Positions 43,134 to 53,402 of a stretch of 64,000 nt of DNA are shown here, one piece after another. The notes under the pieces were generated by a model. It was not told the origin of the DNA. It worked only from the letters and a program-made list of their open reading frames with translations, and searched no databases. The translations under genes were made by a program, and so were the position numbers. How positions within the stretch are numbered: the stretch's first letter is position 1; every line of letters begins with the position of its first letter. The DNA is from Acutalibacteraceae bacterium. GTDB lineage: Bacteria; Bacillota; Clostridia; Oscillospirales; Acutalibacteraceae. The stretch is from contig JAZNOA010000007.1 of NCBI GenBank assembly GCA_045580545.1, forward strand, positions 65,007 to 129,006, given 5' to 3'.

Positions 43134-43247
43134 AATAAATCGCCCCTTTATTTACATATTTTACAATTTAACATTTTTTATTCTTTTTTTACAAATATAT
43201 TTTTTCTTAGCACCCCTCTTTTGACAAAATACTGGCGCCCAAAGGGG

Positions 43248-43462
43248 TATAATGACTATAGAATATAGAAACGCTCACAGGCGTTTCGATAAACCGATTT
43301 TATCGGGTTTTGCGAATTCGAATGAATGTTCATTTGAATTCGCTCTATAATCATTGAAATGGGTATAGACAAATTTTCTCTGAAAATTTGTTGCCAAATC
43401 AAAGATTTGGTATCTAAATAGTGTATTTAACCACTATTTAGACTATCTATAACCATTATAAT
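43248..43462 (-). repeat. 215-bp hairpin-mosaic MITE-like element, copy 2 (inverted relative to copy 1)
   Basis: Its reverse complement aligns end to end with 38852-39066. Stems are conserved, including compensatory substitutions, while loops differ. Confidence 0.8.
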
Positions 43463-43482
43463 TATTAGGATAAAAAATCGGG

Positions 43483-45801
43483 GTGACGGTTTTGAAAGAA
43501 AATGTGAAAATAACATCAAAAATCGAAAATTACACAACAAAAGAACTGAGTTTTGCCGTGATGACCCATGTGGTTGTAGGCATTTTTTCGGCACTTTCCG
43601 GCCGTGGAGTTATACTGGACAGGCTCATTCCTTTCGGTATTTCCTTTTTGGCAGGCAGTAATTCCTATTTTGTGCCGGCATCAATGATAGGTGCCTTTGC
43701 AAGTTACTTCCTGCCGGCGGCGGGAAATTCGGGTTTTAGGTATATAGCGGCACTGTTTGCGGTGTTATCCATAAAACTTTTGCTCGGGAATTACAGAAAA
43801 ATAGTGGGAAATCCCTTGTTTTGCGGACTGATTTCCGCCCTTGCATGTATATCAACGGGTTTCACTGCAGTTTCTACCGGTGACACAACACCCCTTACGG
43901 TTATAACCGAGGGTTTGCTGTCAGGTGGAGGAGCATATTTTATTTGCAAGACCTTTAAAGCGTTTGATAAAAATACAGTTGGTTTCACTTCCGACGAACT
44001 GACAAGCCTTTTGGTATCTGCAACCATAGTTTTAATGGGACTGTTTGGGTTTAATGTTGCGGGGATTTCCTTAGGAAAAATTTTGGCACTGCTGTTAATT
44101 TTAGTTGCCTCAAAATACGGGGGAATTTTATCAGGTTCCATAAGCGGTATATCTGTGGGTTTTGCACTGCTTTTAAGCGGACAGGACGGTGCTGTTGGCT
44201 TAACCTTTGCCGTAGCAGGTCTTCTTTGCGGTGTTTTTTCTGTGATGGGGAAATATGCCGGAATGGCGGTTATTTGTGTTTTAGGGGTTATAGGCAGTGC
44301 GTTTACAGGTGAGATTATAACTCTCTACTCAACCCTTGCAGAATCGGTTCTGGCTTGTGTGTTGTTTTTTGTATTGCCGAAAAATTTAAGTGTGAGTTTA
44401 GGAAAAATTCTTGTTGTTTCCCCTAAACTTTCGGATTCTTCAGGTATTAAAAAATCCCTGACAATGAGGCTGTCTATGTCATCCGACGCATTAAAGGATG
44501 TTACCGAAACGGTTGAGCAGGTGTCAAGCCAACTTTCCAAAATAAATGCCCCCGACTTTGGCAGGGTGATTTCTGCCATTGAGCAGGAGGCTTGTTCGGG
44601 CTGTAAACTGAGGGTTCACTGCTGGGAAAGTAAGAATAGGCAAACCGTGGATGCGGTTATGGAAATGACCAAGGCAATAAAACAGGGGAACAGCGATATA
44701 GAAAACTTTGCACCCGATGAATTTAAGGGAAGATGTCTTAGACCCGAAAAGGTAGCAATTGCAACCTTTAAAAAGTATTCGGATTACGCTTCCCGCATTG
44801 CCGCCGAAAACCGTATTGACGAGGTTCGAGGTGTGGTTTCCGACCAGTTGGGCGGAATTGCGGATATGCTGAGAGATTTAAGCGTTGACTTCGAAAACGA
44901 CCAGTTTTTTGATGCCGTTACAGCGGAAAATATGGCATCGGCACTTAAAAATTTGGATATTGTTGTGGACGAGGCGGGGTGCCGAATTGACAAATACGGC
45001 AGAATTACCTTGGAATTTAAACTTAAAAGGCAAAACGATTTGGTTATAAACAAACTTAAGGTTATGAAAACCGCCAACTTAATTTGCGGACGGGACTTTG
45101 ATACTCCCAACATCAGCGAGGTAGGGGGCGAGGTTTATATTTTTCTAAGTGAGAGGGCAAATTTAACCGCAGAGTTCGGTGCTGAGCAGATAAGTGCCGG
45201 AAACTCTCAAATGTGCGGAGATAATTATAAATATTTTAATGATGGCAAGGGACATTTCCTCATGGTTTTAAGTGATGGAATGGGAACAGGAGGCAGAGCC
45301 GCCGTGGACGGTGCCATGGCTTGCGGACTGATGACAAGACTTTTAAAAGCGGGCTTCGGATATGACTGTTCCCTTAAATTTCTCAATTCCTCAATGCTTT
45401 TTAAATCGACCGACGAATCCTTAGCCACACTTGATATTGCAAGTATTGACCTGTTCACAGGGCAGGTTCAGTTGTTTAAAGCGGGGGCGGCTCCCACAGT
45501 TATCCGCCGTTCGGGAAAGACCGGAAAAGCGGAAAGCACCTCACTTCCTGCGGGAATTTTGCGTGATGTAGGCTTCGATAAGGCAACGGTTAACTGTAAA
45601 GCAGGGGATATAATAGTTTTAATGTCCGACGGGGCAACAGGAGAAGGTTTAGACTGGATAAGGGACGAAATCGAGGCCTGGACCGACGGCACCGCCCAAG
45701 ACCTTGCCGAAAGACTGTGTGAGTGTGCAAAACGCCGCCGAACAGACACCCACGAGGATGATATAACTGTTCTGACGGCGATTCTTAAAAAGGCGGTATA
45801 G
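43483..45801 (+). CDS. spoIIE: Stage II sporulation protein E (PP2C phosphatase, polytopic membrane N-terminus)
   Basis: About 10 TM segments, then a C-terminal PP2C domain (MVLSDGMGTGGRAA ... IIVLMSDG ... DDITVL). GTG start. Confidence 0.85.
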   Translation: MTVLKENVKITSKIENYTTKELSFAVMTHVVVGIFSALSGRGVILDRLIPFGISFLAGSNSYFVPASMIGAFASYFLPAAGNSGFRYIAALFAVLSIKLLLGNYRKIVGNPLFCGLISALACISTGFTAVSTGDTTPLTVITEGLLSGGGAYFICKTFKAFDKNTVGFTSDELTSLLVSATIVLMGLFGFNVAGISLGKILALLLILVASKYGGILSGSISGISVGFALLLSGQDGAVGLTFAVAGLLCGVFSVMGKYAGMAVICVLGVIGSAFTGEIITLYSTLAESVLACVLFFVLPKNLSVSLGKILVVSPKLSDSSGIKKSLTMRLSMSSDALKDVTETVEQVSSQLSKINAPDFGRVISAIEQEACSGCKLRVHCWESKNRQTVDAVMEMTKAIKQGNSDIENFAPDEFKGRCLRPEKVAIATFKKYSDYASRIAAENRIDEVRGVVSDQLGGIADMLRDLSVDFENDQFFDAVTAENMASALKNLDIVVDEAGCRIDKYGRITLEFKLKRQNDLVINKLKVMKTANLICGRDFDTPNISEVGGEVYIFLSERANLTAEFGAEQISAGNSQMCGDNYKYFNDGKGHFLMVLSDGMGTGGRAAVDGAMACGLMTRLLKAGFGYDCSLKFLNSSMLFKSTDESLATLDIASIDLFTGQVQLFKAGAAPTVIRRSGKTGKAESTSLPAGILRDVGFDKATVNCKAGDIIVLMSDGATGEGLDWIRDEIEAWTDGTAQDLAERLCECAKRRRTDTHEDDITVLTAILKKAV

Positions 45802-45818
45802 GTTAGGCTCTCGCCAGC

Positions 45819-46319
45819 CTAAGTTATAACCTGTAAGCCCTTAAACATTATTAAATTTTCCTTTGAGTCTTTAATGCTGATGGGAAGTCCCCCTTGAGAA
45901 AATGTGAAACGATAGTCTTCTTTTCCGAGGGAAAATTCAGTAAAATATTCCCCGTTTTCGGTATATACCTTTTCGGGATTTCGGGCACTCTTAAACCCTT
46001 CATAAACCACTCTAAGGGGTGAATCCTCCTCAAAACTTTTGAGGGGGATTTCTTTTTCTAAATCGAGGTAGGTTACGGTCACACCGTCATCGCTGAATGA
46101 AAACTTTAGGTTTTTCAGTTGTTCGGGTTCTGTAACCGTAAAGTAAATATTGGAATTTCGGTCAGTTTCCCCATCCAAAATATATTGGGTTTTGTTCCAA
46201 ACAGTATGAACGCAAAACCTTAGATTTGCAGTTTGGGGAATTACCTCTTCTGCCTGACGGCAGGAGGTGAGAAGTAAAACTAAACCTAATGAGATAACAA
46301 TTTTTCGCAACCTTAACAC
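45819..46319 (-). CDS. Lipoprotein, hypothetical
   Basis: Lipobox LVLLLTSC. Confidence 0.55.
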   Translation of the reverse strand: MLRLRKIVISLGLVLLLTSCRQAEEVIPQTANLRFCVHTVWNKTQYILDGETDRNSNIYFTVTEPEQLKNLKFSFSDDGVTVTYLDLEKEIPLKSFEEDSPLRVVYEGFKSARNPEKVYTENGEYFTEFSLGKEDYRFTFSQGGLPISIKDSKENLIMFKGLQVIT

Positions 46320-46332
46320 ACCTTTAAAAGTG

Positions 46333-47781
46333 CTAAAGCCTCTCGATTATATCTGTGGGCAAAAGTGCGGTGGGACTTTTGCTTTTTAGTGCATTGTCAC
46401 CTGCCAAGGAATGGAGGTAAACCCCGTATTCCGCCGCTTCTCTGTCGCTGTATCCTTGGGCGGAGAGGGAAGTGATTACACCTGCCAAAACATCACCTGT
46501 ACCGCCTGTTGCCATTCCCGAATTACCTAAAATGTTAAAGAATATTTCACCTTTTGGGGTGGCAACAAGGGTATTACTGCCTTTAAGCACCACGTGGCAC
46601 TTATATTTAAGGGCAATTTTCTTGGCAAATTTGGGTCGGTTTTCCTCAATCTTTGTCACAGTTGTTCCGCACAGTCTTGCCATTTCACCGGGGTGAGGGG
46701 TTAGAATAACAGAGGCTTTGCTTTTCTCTAATAAATCTATGTTTAGAGAGAGTGCATTTATTCCGTCTGCGTCAATAATTAAGGTTTTTGAATAATTTAG
46801 GAGAAGAAATTCAAGGGTTTTGACATTAGATTTCGGGTTACCGATACCGCAGCCGAAAAGAACTGCGTCGGCAGACTTAATTTGTTCTTTTAATTCTTTT
46901 TTGTTATATTTAAGGGTTCCGTGTCTTGTTGCCTTTTTAGGAACGCAAACCGCCTCGGGAATAAATGAGGTGACGGGAGCGTATATGCTTTTTGGCATCA
47001 TACATTTTACAATACCCACACCGCTTCTGAGACACGCCTTTGCAGACATCATTAAGGCTCCTGCCATACCGTAACATCCGCAGATTAGAAGTGCGGTGCC
47101 GAAGGTCCCTTTATGGCAGTTGTGATTTCTTGGTCTTAGTATAGGCTTTTCAATGATTTCGTATGTTTTTTCTATAACGTCAACGCCTATGTCAATAACC
47201 TTAACTTCACCGCAATAATCACTGCCCGCTGGCAAAACAAAACAAGGTTTATAGGAAATAAAGGTGAGGGTAAGGTCACTTTCAATTGCAATGCCGTTTA
47301 CCGCCCCTGTGTCACATTCCACTCCCGACGGAATATCAACCGATATTTTAACGGCATTACTTTTGTTAACGGCTTCAATCAAGCGGGCAGTATCTTTATC
47401 GGGAGAACCCACAAAACCTATGCCGAAAAGAGCGTCAATTATATAATCGTATTCACCCTCAAATGTAGATAGAGTTTTAATGTTGTTAAGTTTTTCAAAG
47501 TAGTAATTTGCATTTTCGGTTTTAGGGGGACCGTAGGGGAGAATGAGTGTTACATCAGCCGACTTAGATAAAAGCAAATCGGCGATAACACAGCCGTCAC
47601 CCCCGTTGTTTCCTTTACCGCAGATAACGGCGATTTTTTTACCTTCAACTTCATAACGGGAAACGATTTCGCAAAAAGCCGATTTTCCCGCGGTATACAT
47701 CAGTTCCCTAAAGGAAAAGGTGCCGTGTGACACGGCTTTTTCCTCAGCAAGTTTAATCTGTGCTTTGGTTAGCACTGTCAT
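46333..47781 (-). CDS. nnr: Bifunctional NAD(P)H-hydrate repair enzyme (epimerase/dehydratase)
   Basis: YjeF_N region (CGKGNNGGDG) plus a carbohydrate-kinase C-terminus (GNSGMATGGTGDVLAG). Start trimmed to MTVLTKAQ. Confidence 0.85.
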   Translation of the reverse strand: MTVLTKAQIKLAEEKAVSHGTFSFRELMYTAGKSAFCEIVSRYEVEGKKIAVICGKGNNGGDGCVIADLLLSKSADVTLILPYGPPKTENANYYFEKLNNIKTLSTFEGEYDYIIDALFGIGFVGSPDKDTARLIEAVNKSNAVKISVDIPSGVECDTGAVNGIAIESDLTLTFISYKPCFVLPAGSDYCGEVKVIDIGVDVIEKTYEIIEKPILRPRNHNCHKGTFGTALLICGCYGMAGALMMSAKACLRSGVGIVKCMMPKSIYAPVTSFIPEAVCVPKKATRHGTLKYNKKELKEQIKSADAVLFGCGIGNPKSNVKTLEFLLLNYSKTLIIDADGINALSLNIDLLEKSKASVILTPHPGEMARLCGTTVTKIEENRPKFAKKIALKYKCHVVLKGSNTLVATPKGEIFFNILGNSGMATGGTGDVLAGVITSLSAQGYSDREAAEYGVYLHSLAGDNALKSKSPTALLPTDIIERL

Positions 47782-47798
47782 ACACGACACCACTCTTT

Positions 47799-48299
47799 CT
47801 AATCTTTAAAGCAACTGTTTGTTATGAATTTAGGAGCAAATTTCACAACAGCAGATTTTATTTTATCGTTGGGTGAAAACACAAAACTAACCGCAGACTG
47901 ACCTGATTTCTCGGCTACAACCAAATAAGCGTTGGGGTCGTCTTTGTCACAGGCGAAAACTGTGTTATTGCGGTTGATAGGAGCATTGGCGTTAAACTTC
48001 TCAAGTCTTGTAACGCCGCTAAGGTCGACCGATATCATTCGCTTTCGGGAACTTTTGTTTATGATTTTATCAATATCGAGAATTCCGTTGGTTATAATAT
48101 ATTCATATTCAACATTTAATTTAGAAGACAGTATATATGTTCCGTAACCTATACCGAATATAAATATTAAACTGAAACTTCCGAGCAAAACAAACACAAG
48201 GGCAGAAAGCAGTGCCGCTAAAACCCAAATTCCCAAAAATAAAGCAACGGTTTTGCCGGTCTTTTTAATTGGAATAATCTGTTCAAAAAAAACGTCCAT
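47799..48299 (-). CDS. Membrane protein, hypothetical
   Basis: Start trimmed to MDVFFEQ (GGAG upstream). Two TM segments. Confidence 0.55.
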   Translation of the reverse strand: MDVFFEQIIPIKKTGKTVALFLGIWVLAALLSALVFVLLGSFSLIFIFGIGYGTYILSSKLNVEYEYIITNGILDIDKIINKSSRKRMISVDLSGVTRLEKFNANAPINRNNTVFACDKDDPNAYLVVAEKSGQSAVSFVFSPNDKIKSAVVKFAPKFITNSCFKD

Positions 48300-48374
48300 A
48301 TAAATTCTCCTAAAAGTATTTTTACTTATTATACACTGAATTTTAAATACTTGCAATAAATAATTTCTAAACGG

Positions 48375-48653
48375 GTGAAAATAATGAAAATTAAAAAAGG
48401 TTTTAAACTTAAAAACATTTCAGGCAGACAAACCGTTGTTGCCGACCGAAGAAGGGTTAAGGACTTCAACAGTCTTATAATACTAAGCGAATCTGCGGTA
48501 ATTTTATGGGAAATGCTGGTTTCGGGGGAATACACAAAAGAGGAACTAACGGCGGGACTTATTGAAAATATGAAAATTTCCAAAACCCAAGCCTCGGGCA
48601 ACGTTAAGGTGTTTATTAAAACGCTAAAGGATAACGGAATTTTAGAAAATTGA
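48375..48653 (+). CDS. PqqD-family (RRE-like) small protein
   Basis: 92 aa. LSESAVILWEML.SGEYTKEELTAGLIE...VKVFIKTLKDNGIL resembles the PqqD/peptide-chaperone fold pattern. Confidence 0.45.
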   Translation: MKIMKIKKGFKLKNISGRQTVVADRRRVKDFNSLIILSESAVILWEMLVSGEYTKEELTAGLIENMKISKTQASGNVKVFIKTLKDNGILEN

Positions 48654-48854
48654 AATATTTTTTTAAAAATGACAAACGAGTATTTAAGAGTAAAATAGAG
48701 AAAATCGGAGAAATCGGGAGATTTAAAAAAATAAATTGAAATTTGGAAAATTAAGTGTTGACATCACGAAATTAGTATGGTATTATATTCAGGCTGATTA
48801 CTAAGGGAAGTGCGGAAATACACAGCATTTCTCAAAATTTTGGAGGTTAATTAT

Positions 48855-49283
48855 ATGTCAACATTTATGGCAAAACCTGCTGAAGTACAGCGTAAATGGT
48901 ACATCATTGATGCAGCAAACAGACCTTTGGGTCGCACTGCTACCAAGGTTGCGGATATTCTTCGCGGCAAATTAAAGCCCGAGTTTACTCCTCACGTTGA
49001 CTGCGGTGACCACGTTGTTGTTATCAACGCTGACAAAGCAGTTCTCACAGGCAAGAAGTTGGATAATAAGTATTATCGCCGTCATACAGGTTACATCGGC
49101 GGTCTCAAAGAGGTTAAGTATTCCACCCTTATGAAGACCCGTCCCGAACTTGCTATGGAATTGGCTGTTAAGGGTATGGTTCCCGATACAACCATCGGCC
49201 GTAAGGCTCTTACCAGACTTCACGTTTACAGCGGCACTGAGTACGCTCAAAAGGCTCAGAAGCCCGAATTACTCGAATTTTAA
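48855..49283 (+). CDS. rplM: 50S ribosomal protein L13
   Basis: [26 protein letters not shown]. Start at ATG 48855 after GGAGG. Confidence 0.95.
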   Translation: MSTFMAKPAEVQRKWYIIDAANRPLGRTATKVADILRGKLKPEFTPHVDCGDHVVVINADKAVLTGKKLDNKYYRRHTGYIGGLKEVKYSTLMKTRPELAMELAVKGMVPDTTIGRKALTRLHVYSGTEYAQKAQKPELLEF

Positions 49284-49300
49284 GAAGGGAGACAGAAACT

Positions 49301-49699
49301 ATGTTTGAAGCAAAGCCTTATCTTTACGGAACAGGCAGAAGAAAGAGTTCTGTTGCCCGTGTTCGTTTATACAACGGTACCGGAAAAATTGTTATCAACG
49401 ACAGAGAGATGGACGATTATTTCGGTCTTGAAACCTTGAAACTTATTGTTCGTCAGCCCTTAACACTCACCGAAACTACCGACAAGTTCGATGTTATTTG
49501 CCGTGTAGCAGGCGGCGGTGTTACAGGACAGGCAGGTGCAATCCGTCACGGTATCGCACGTGCACTTCTCCAACACGACGAGGCATTAAGACCCGTACTT
49601 AAAAAAGCCGGACTCTTAACACGTGACCCTCGTATGAAAGAAAGAAAGAAATACGGACTCAAAGGAGCACGCCGTGCACCCCAGTTCTCAAAGAGATAA
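49301..49699 (+). CDS. rpsI: 30S ribosomal protein S9
   Basis: [14 protein letters not shown] ... C-terminal [14 protein letters not shown]. Confidence 0.95.
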   Translation: MFEAKPYLYGTGRRKSSVARVRLYNGTGKIVINDREMDDYFGLETLKLIVRQPLTLTETTDKFDVICRVAGGGVTGQAGAIRHGIARALLQHDEALRPVLKKAGLLTRDPRMKERKKYGLKGARRAPQFSKR

Positions 49700-49722
49700 T
49701 CTGTTATTTCAAAGAGTATTCA

Positions 49723-49757
49723 AAAACCCCGAAACCATCACGGTTTTCGGGGTTTTT
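49723..49757 (+). terminator. Intrinsic terminator after rpsI
   Basis: ccccgaaacc..ggttttcgggg hairpin plus T run. Confidence 0.7.
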
Positions 49758-49821
49758 GCTTGCATATAAGGCAGTTTTTTCTAATTATTGTGGATTTATG
49801 CACTTTTTTATTTTTTCCGAT

Positions 49822-49875
49822 GGCAGAAAAAACTCCTTATAAGCGAAAACCGCCTAATAGGCGGTTTTTAAGCAC
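49822..49875 (+). repeat. About 54-bp intergenic repeat, copy 1
   Basis: ggcagaaaaaactccttataagcgaaaaccgcctaataggcggtttttaagcac is similar to 55185-55239. Confidence 0.7.
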
Positions 49876-49890
49876 ATATTAGGGTGCATA

Positions 49891-50457
49891 TTAGTTTTCT
49901 TTATCGCTTTTTGTCAGCAAATCCAAAACGGTTGAATAGATTTCCGGAGCCTTTTCTAAAAATTTCTGTTTAATGAAAACGGCTTGGTCTTCGTCACCTA
50001 AAAGAAGTTTTATGCTCATAAAGGGTTTGCCTTGGTCTATGGCAGAGCAGGTGAGAAATGTGCGGTTGTCCTCTTTAGTGATTTTAAAATCGGTTTCCTT
50101 TGCATTTCTAACCTTAACAAGCATCTTAACAACCGCTGTGAAAGCCCGTTCCTTAACAATTACCGAGAGTTTTGTTTTTAAGGTTTCGGCAACATAGCGG
50201 CCGCTGTCGGTTACAACATAGCTTGCCGGTTCACTTTCAACCTCTTTAATGTGGCCGCTGTCGGTTAGGAAACTTATGGAATCGCTAACCTCAAAGGCAT
50301 TGGCAATTCCCTCTGTGTGGAGGGTTTCGCAAAGAAGTGTTGCAGGAACCGGATCGGAAACGGAGGACAACAAATAACATATTAAAATTCTAACATCCGC
50401 TGTGGTGAAAAGTCCGCCGATTTTTGAAACACCGGCAGAAATAGCATCTTTTTCCAA
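49891..50457 (-). CDS. Conserved hypothetical protein (DUF4364-like)
   Basis: 188-aa ORF of plausible size. Family assignment is from memory only. Confidence 0.45.
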   Translation of the reverse strand: MEKDAISAGVSKIGGLFTTADVRILICYLLSSVSDPVPATLLCETLHTEGIANAFEVSDSISFLTDSGHIKEVESEPASYVVTDSGRYVAETLKTKLSVIVKERAFTAVVKMLVKVRNAKETDFKITKEDNRTFLTCSAIDQGKPFMSIKLLLGDEDQAVFIKQKFLEKAPEIYSTVLDLLTKSDKEN

Positions 50458-50611
50458 AATAATTCTCCCTCTGATTTTTTACAATATTATTATATATGAA
50501 ATTTTGAAAAAAGCAAGTTAAAAAAGGCAAAGTGTCGGTGAATGTCTAAAAAATTTGCAAAATGCGGTGTTTTGTGATAGAATATACATAATAATTATTT
50601 GAGGTAAGTAT

Positions 50612-51853
50612 ATGATAAACGATTTAATTGTTATCGGCGGTGGTGCCGCAGGTCTTTGTGCGGCGGTTTACTTTAAAAGAGAAAACCCTAATGCCGCAGT
50701 ACGTATTTTAGAGGCACAGCCAAGGGTCGGCAAAAAGTTGGCACTCACCGGCAACGGCAGATGCAACATTACCAATAAGAGAATTCAACTTTCACGTTAC
50801 CACGGAAATGACGTGGAATTTTGCCGTGTAGCCCTCGAAAAATACAATATAGATTTTACCGAAAGTTTTTTTGAAAGCATCGGTGTGGTGTTTTCAAACG
50901 AGGGGGATAAGGTTTATCCCTCATCCTTTCAGGCCTCCTCTGTTGTGGATTGTTTGCGGTTTGCGGCTGACGAATCGGGTATTATAACCCACCTCGAAAC
51001 AGCGGTTACAAATATTCAAACCACCAAAGGCGGTTATAAGGTCATTTGCGGGCAGATGAGTTTTTTAGCCCGAAATATTATAATTGCCACAGGCTTGCTC
51101 TCCGGCGGCGACAGACTCGGTTGTGACGGGAAGATGCTTGAAGTTCTCAAAAAAGCAGGCTTTAAAACCGTTAAAACAACCCCTGCAATAGTCCAAATTA
51201 AAACCGAAACCGATATTGTTAAGCAGTTGAAGGGTGTTAAAATTGACGCCAATGCCACACTTTTGGCAGAGGGCAAAAAACTAAGAACCGACTTCGGTGA
51301 GGTGCTTTTCACCGATTACGGACTTTCTGGTCCTCCCATACTCCAAATTTCACGGGGTGTGTCTGTGAGCAAATCCGAATGTGAAGTATCTCTCGATATA
51401 ATGCCCGAAACCGACTATATAACATTGGAAGAGAAACTTAAGGTCAGGGCTCGGGAGCTGTCTCACCGAAATTTGGATGAATTTTTCACCGGTATGTTGC
51501 AAAAGAGAATAGGTCAGGTGTTGCTTAAAACCGTAGGCTGTCGGCTTAGTGATAAAACCGCAACTCTTGACGGTAAAAAAATAAAAAAAATAGTGGGTCT
51601 TATAAAAAACTGGAAATTTAAGGTTTTGGGAACAACGGGATTTTTAAACTCTCAGGTCACCGCAGGCGGACTTTCCACAGATGAATTTTTTAATACAACA
51701 ATGGAATGTAAAACCGCTAAAGGGCTTTACTGTATAGGGGAAATTCTTGATATCGACGGTGACTGCGGCGGTTTTAATCTTCAATGGGCTTGGTCTTCGG
51801 CATTTTGTGCTGCAGACAGTATAAAGGAAAACTTAAATGATATTGATAAATAA
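50612..51853 (+). CDS. FAD-dependent oxidoreductase, HI0933/BaiN-like family
   Basis: N-terminal dinucleotide motif VIGGGAAGLCAA. C-terminal GEILDIDGDCGGFNLQWAW is typical of this family. Confidence 0.8.
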   Translation: MINDLIVIGGGAAGLCAAVYFKRENPNAAVRILEAQPRVGKKLALTGNGRCNITNKRIQLSRYHGNDVEFCRVALEKYNIDFTESFFESIGVVFSNEGDKVYPSSFQASSVVDCLRFAADESGIITHLETAVTNIQTTKGGYKVICGQMSFLARNIIIATGLLSGGDRLGCDGKMLEVLKKAGFKTVKTTPAIVQIKTETDIVKQLKGVKIDANATLLAEGKKLRTDFGEVLFTDYGLSGPPILQISRGVSVSKSECEVSLDIMPETDYITLEEKLKVRARELSHRNLDEFFTGMLQKRIGQVLLKTVGCRLSDKTATLDGKKIKKIVGLIKNWKFKVLGTTGFLNSQVTAGGLSTDEFFNTTMECKTAKGLYCIGEILDIDGDCGGFNLQWAWSSAFCAADSIKENLNDIDK

Positions 51854-53402
51854 TTTAAAACTGCCTCTTGATACAGACTTTACCGATTTGAAATCTGCCC
51901 TTCAAAAGGCGATTAAGGGTAATGTTATTTCTGTAAAACTTTATAGAAAATCTGTTGATGCAAGGCGGAAAAATGACCTTCATTTTTGTTGCTCGGTTTT
52001 GGCAGAGGTTAAAAATGAGGAAAAATTTCTAAAAACCAACAAAAATGCCTCTGTCTATAAAAGACAGGAGTATAAATGGTTAAAATGCGAAAGAAAACCC
52101 GAAAACCGCCCTGTTGTTGTGGGCTTCGGTCCCGCAGGAATGTTTGCGGGAATCACCTTAGCACGTGCCGGTCTTTGCCCTTTAATAATTGAGCGGGGAA
52201 GTAAGGTTGAAGAAAGAACCGTTGCAGTTCGGGAGTTTTTTGCAGGCGGAAAGTTAAACCGTGAATGCAATGTTCAGTTTGGAGAAGGAGGAGCCGGTAC
52301 TTTTTCCGACGGTAAACTCAACACCGGCATTAAAAACCCTAAGTGCCGAACGGTTTTAGAGGTTTTACATCTAATGGGTGCTCCCGAAAAGATTTTAACC
52401 GATGCTAAACCCCATATCGGAACCGATATTCTCGTAGATGTTGTCAGAAATATCCGCAAAGAGATTCTTTCCCTTGGCGGTGAGATTTTATTTGACACTA
52501 AGTTGGAAAATATAAATATCTTAAACGGTAAAATAACAAGTATTATAGCAAACGGAAAAGAAATTCCCTGTGATAACCTTATTTTGGCAACTGGTCACTC
52601 CGCAAGAGACACATACAGAATGCTACTTGGAAATGATGTAGATATGGTGCAAAAGCCCTTTGCGGTAGGTGTTAGAATCGAGCATTTGCAGGAGGATATA
52701 AACAGGTCTCTCTACGGTGAAAACTACAATCATCCAAACCTGGGTGCGGCGGACTATAAACTTGCTTGCCATCTCCCAAACGGCAGAGGGGTTTATACAT
52801 TTTGTATGTGTCCCGGCGGTGAGGTTATAAACGCTTCAAGTGAAGAACTGATGACAGCCGTTAACGGTATGAGTAATTCGGGGCGTGACGGGGTTAATTC
52901 AAACTCCGCCTTGCTTGTGGGCGTTAACCCCGAAGATTTTGGCGGTGACGATGTTTTGGCAGGCTGTGACTTTCAGGAAAAAATCGAAAAATCTGCCTAC
53001 AATATAGGCAGAGGACGAGTGCCGGTAGGCACAGTTGGAAATTTTGTTTTCGGCGAGGAGTTTAAAATTTCCAAGGTAAAACCCTCGGTTAAACCGGATT
53101 ATGTTTATTCTGATTTTACGGATATTTTCCCACCCTTTGTGTTGGGAAGTTTAAAGCAGGGTATTTTGGAATTTGGCAAGAAAATCAAAGGTTTTGATGA
53201 CCCTCAGGCAGTGCTTACAGCACCCGAAACCAGAAGTTCCGCTCCCGTCAGAATAACAAGGAATGAAAATTTCCAAAGCAGCAATGTTTTAGGTTTATAT
53301 CCCTGCGGTGAGGGTGCAGGGTATGCGGGCGGTATTGTATCTGCGGCGGTGGACGGTATGACAGTTGCCGAAGAAATAATCAGTCAGGTAAATAAAGGTT
53401 AA
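51837..53402 (+). CDS. FAD-dependent protein (COG2509-like)
   Basis: VVGFGPAGMFAG dinucleotide motif and C-terminal YPCGEGAGYAGGI. Confidence 0.75.
   Translation: MILINNLKLPLDTDFTDLKSALQKAIKGNVISVKLYRKSVDARRKNDLHFCCSVLAEVKNEEKFLKTNKNASVYKRQEYKWLKCERKPENRPVVVGFGPAGMFAGITLARAGLCPLIIERGSKVEERTVAVREFFAGGKLNRECNVQFGEGGAGTFSDGKLNTGIKNPKCRTVLEVLHLMGAPEKILTDAKPHIGTDILVDVVRNIRKEILSLGGEILFDTKLENINILNGKITSIIANGKEIPCDNLILATGHSARDTYRMLLGNDVDMVQKPFAVGVRIEHLQEDINRSLYGENYNHPNLGAADYKLACHLPNGRGVYTFCMCPGGEVINASSEELMTAVNGMSNSGRDGVNSNSALLVGVNPEDFGGDDVLAGCDFQEKIEKSAYNIGRGRVPVGTVGNFVFGEEFKISKVKPSVKPDYVYSDFTDIFPPFVLGSLKQGILEFGKKIKGFDDPQAVLTAPETRSSAPVRITRNENFQSSNVLGLYPCGEGAGYAGGIVSAAVDGMTVAEEIISQVNKG

Noticed and set aside
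43791-45749. Multiple minus-strand ORFs (77-116 aa) within spoIIE
   Set aside because: They are antisense frames of a well-supported 772-aa CDS.
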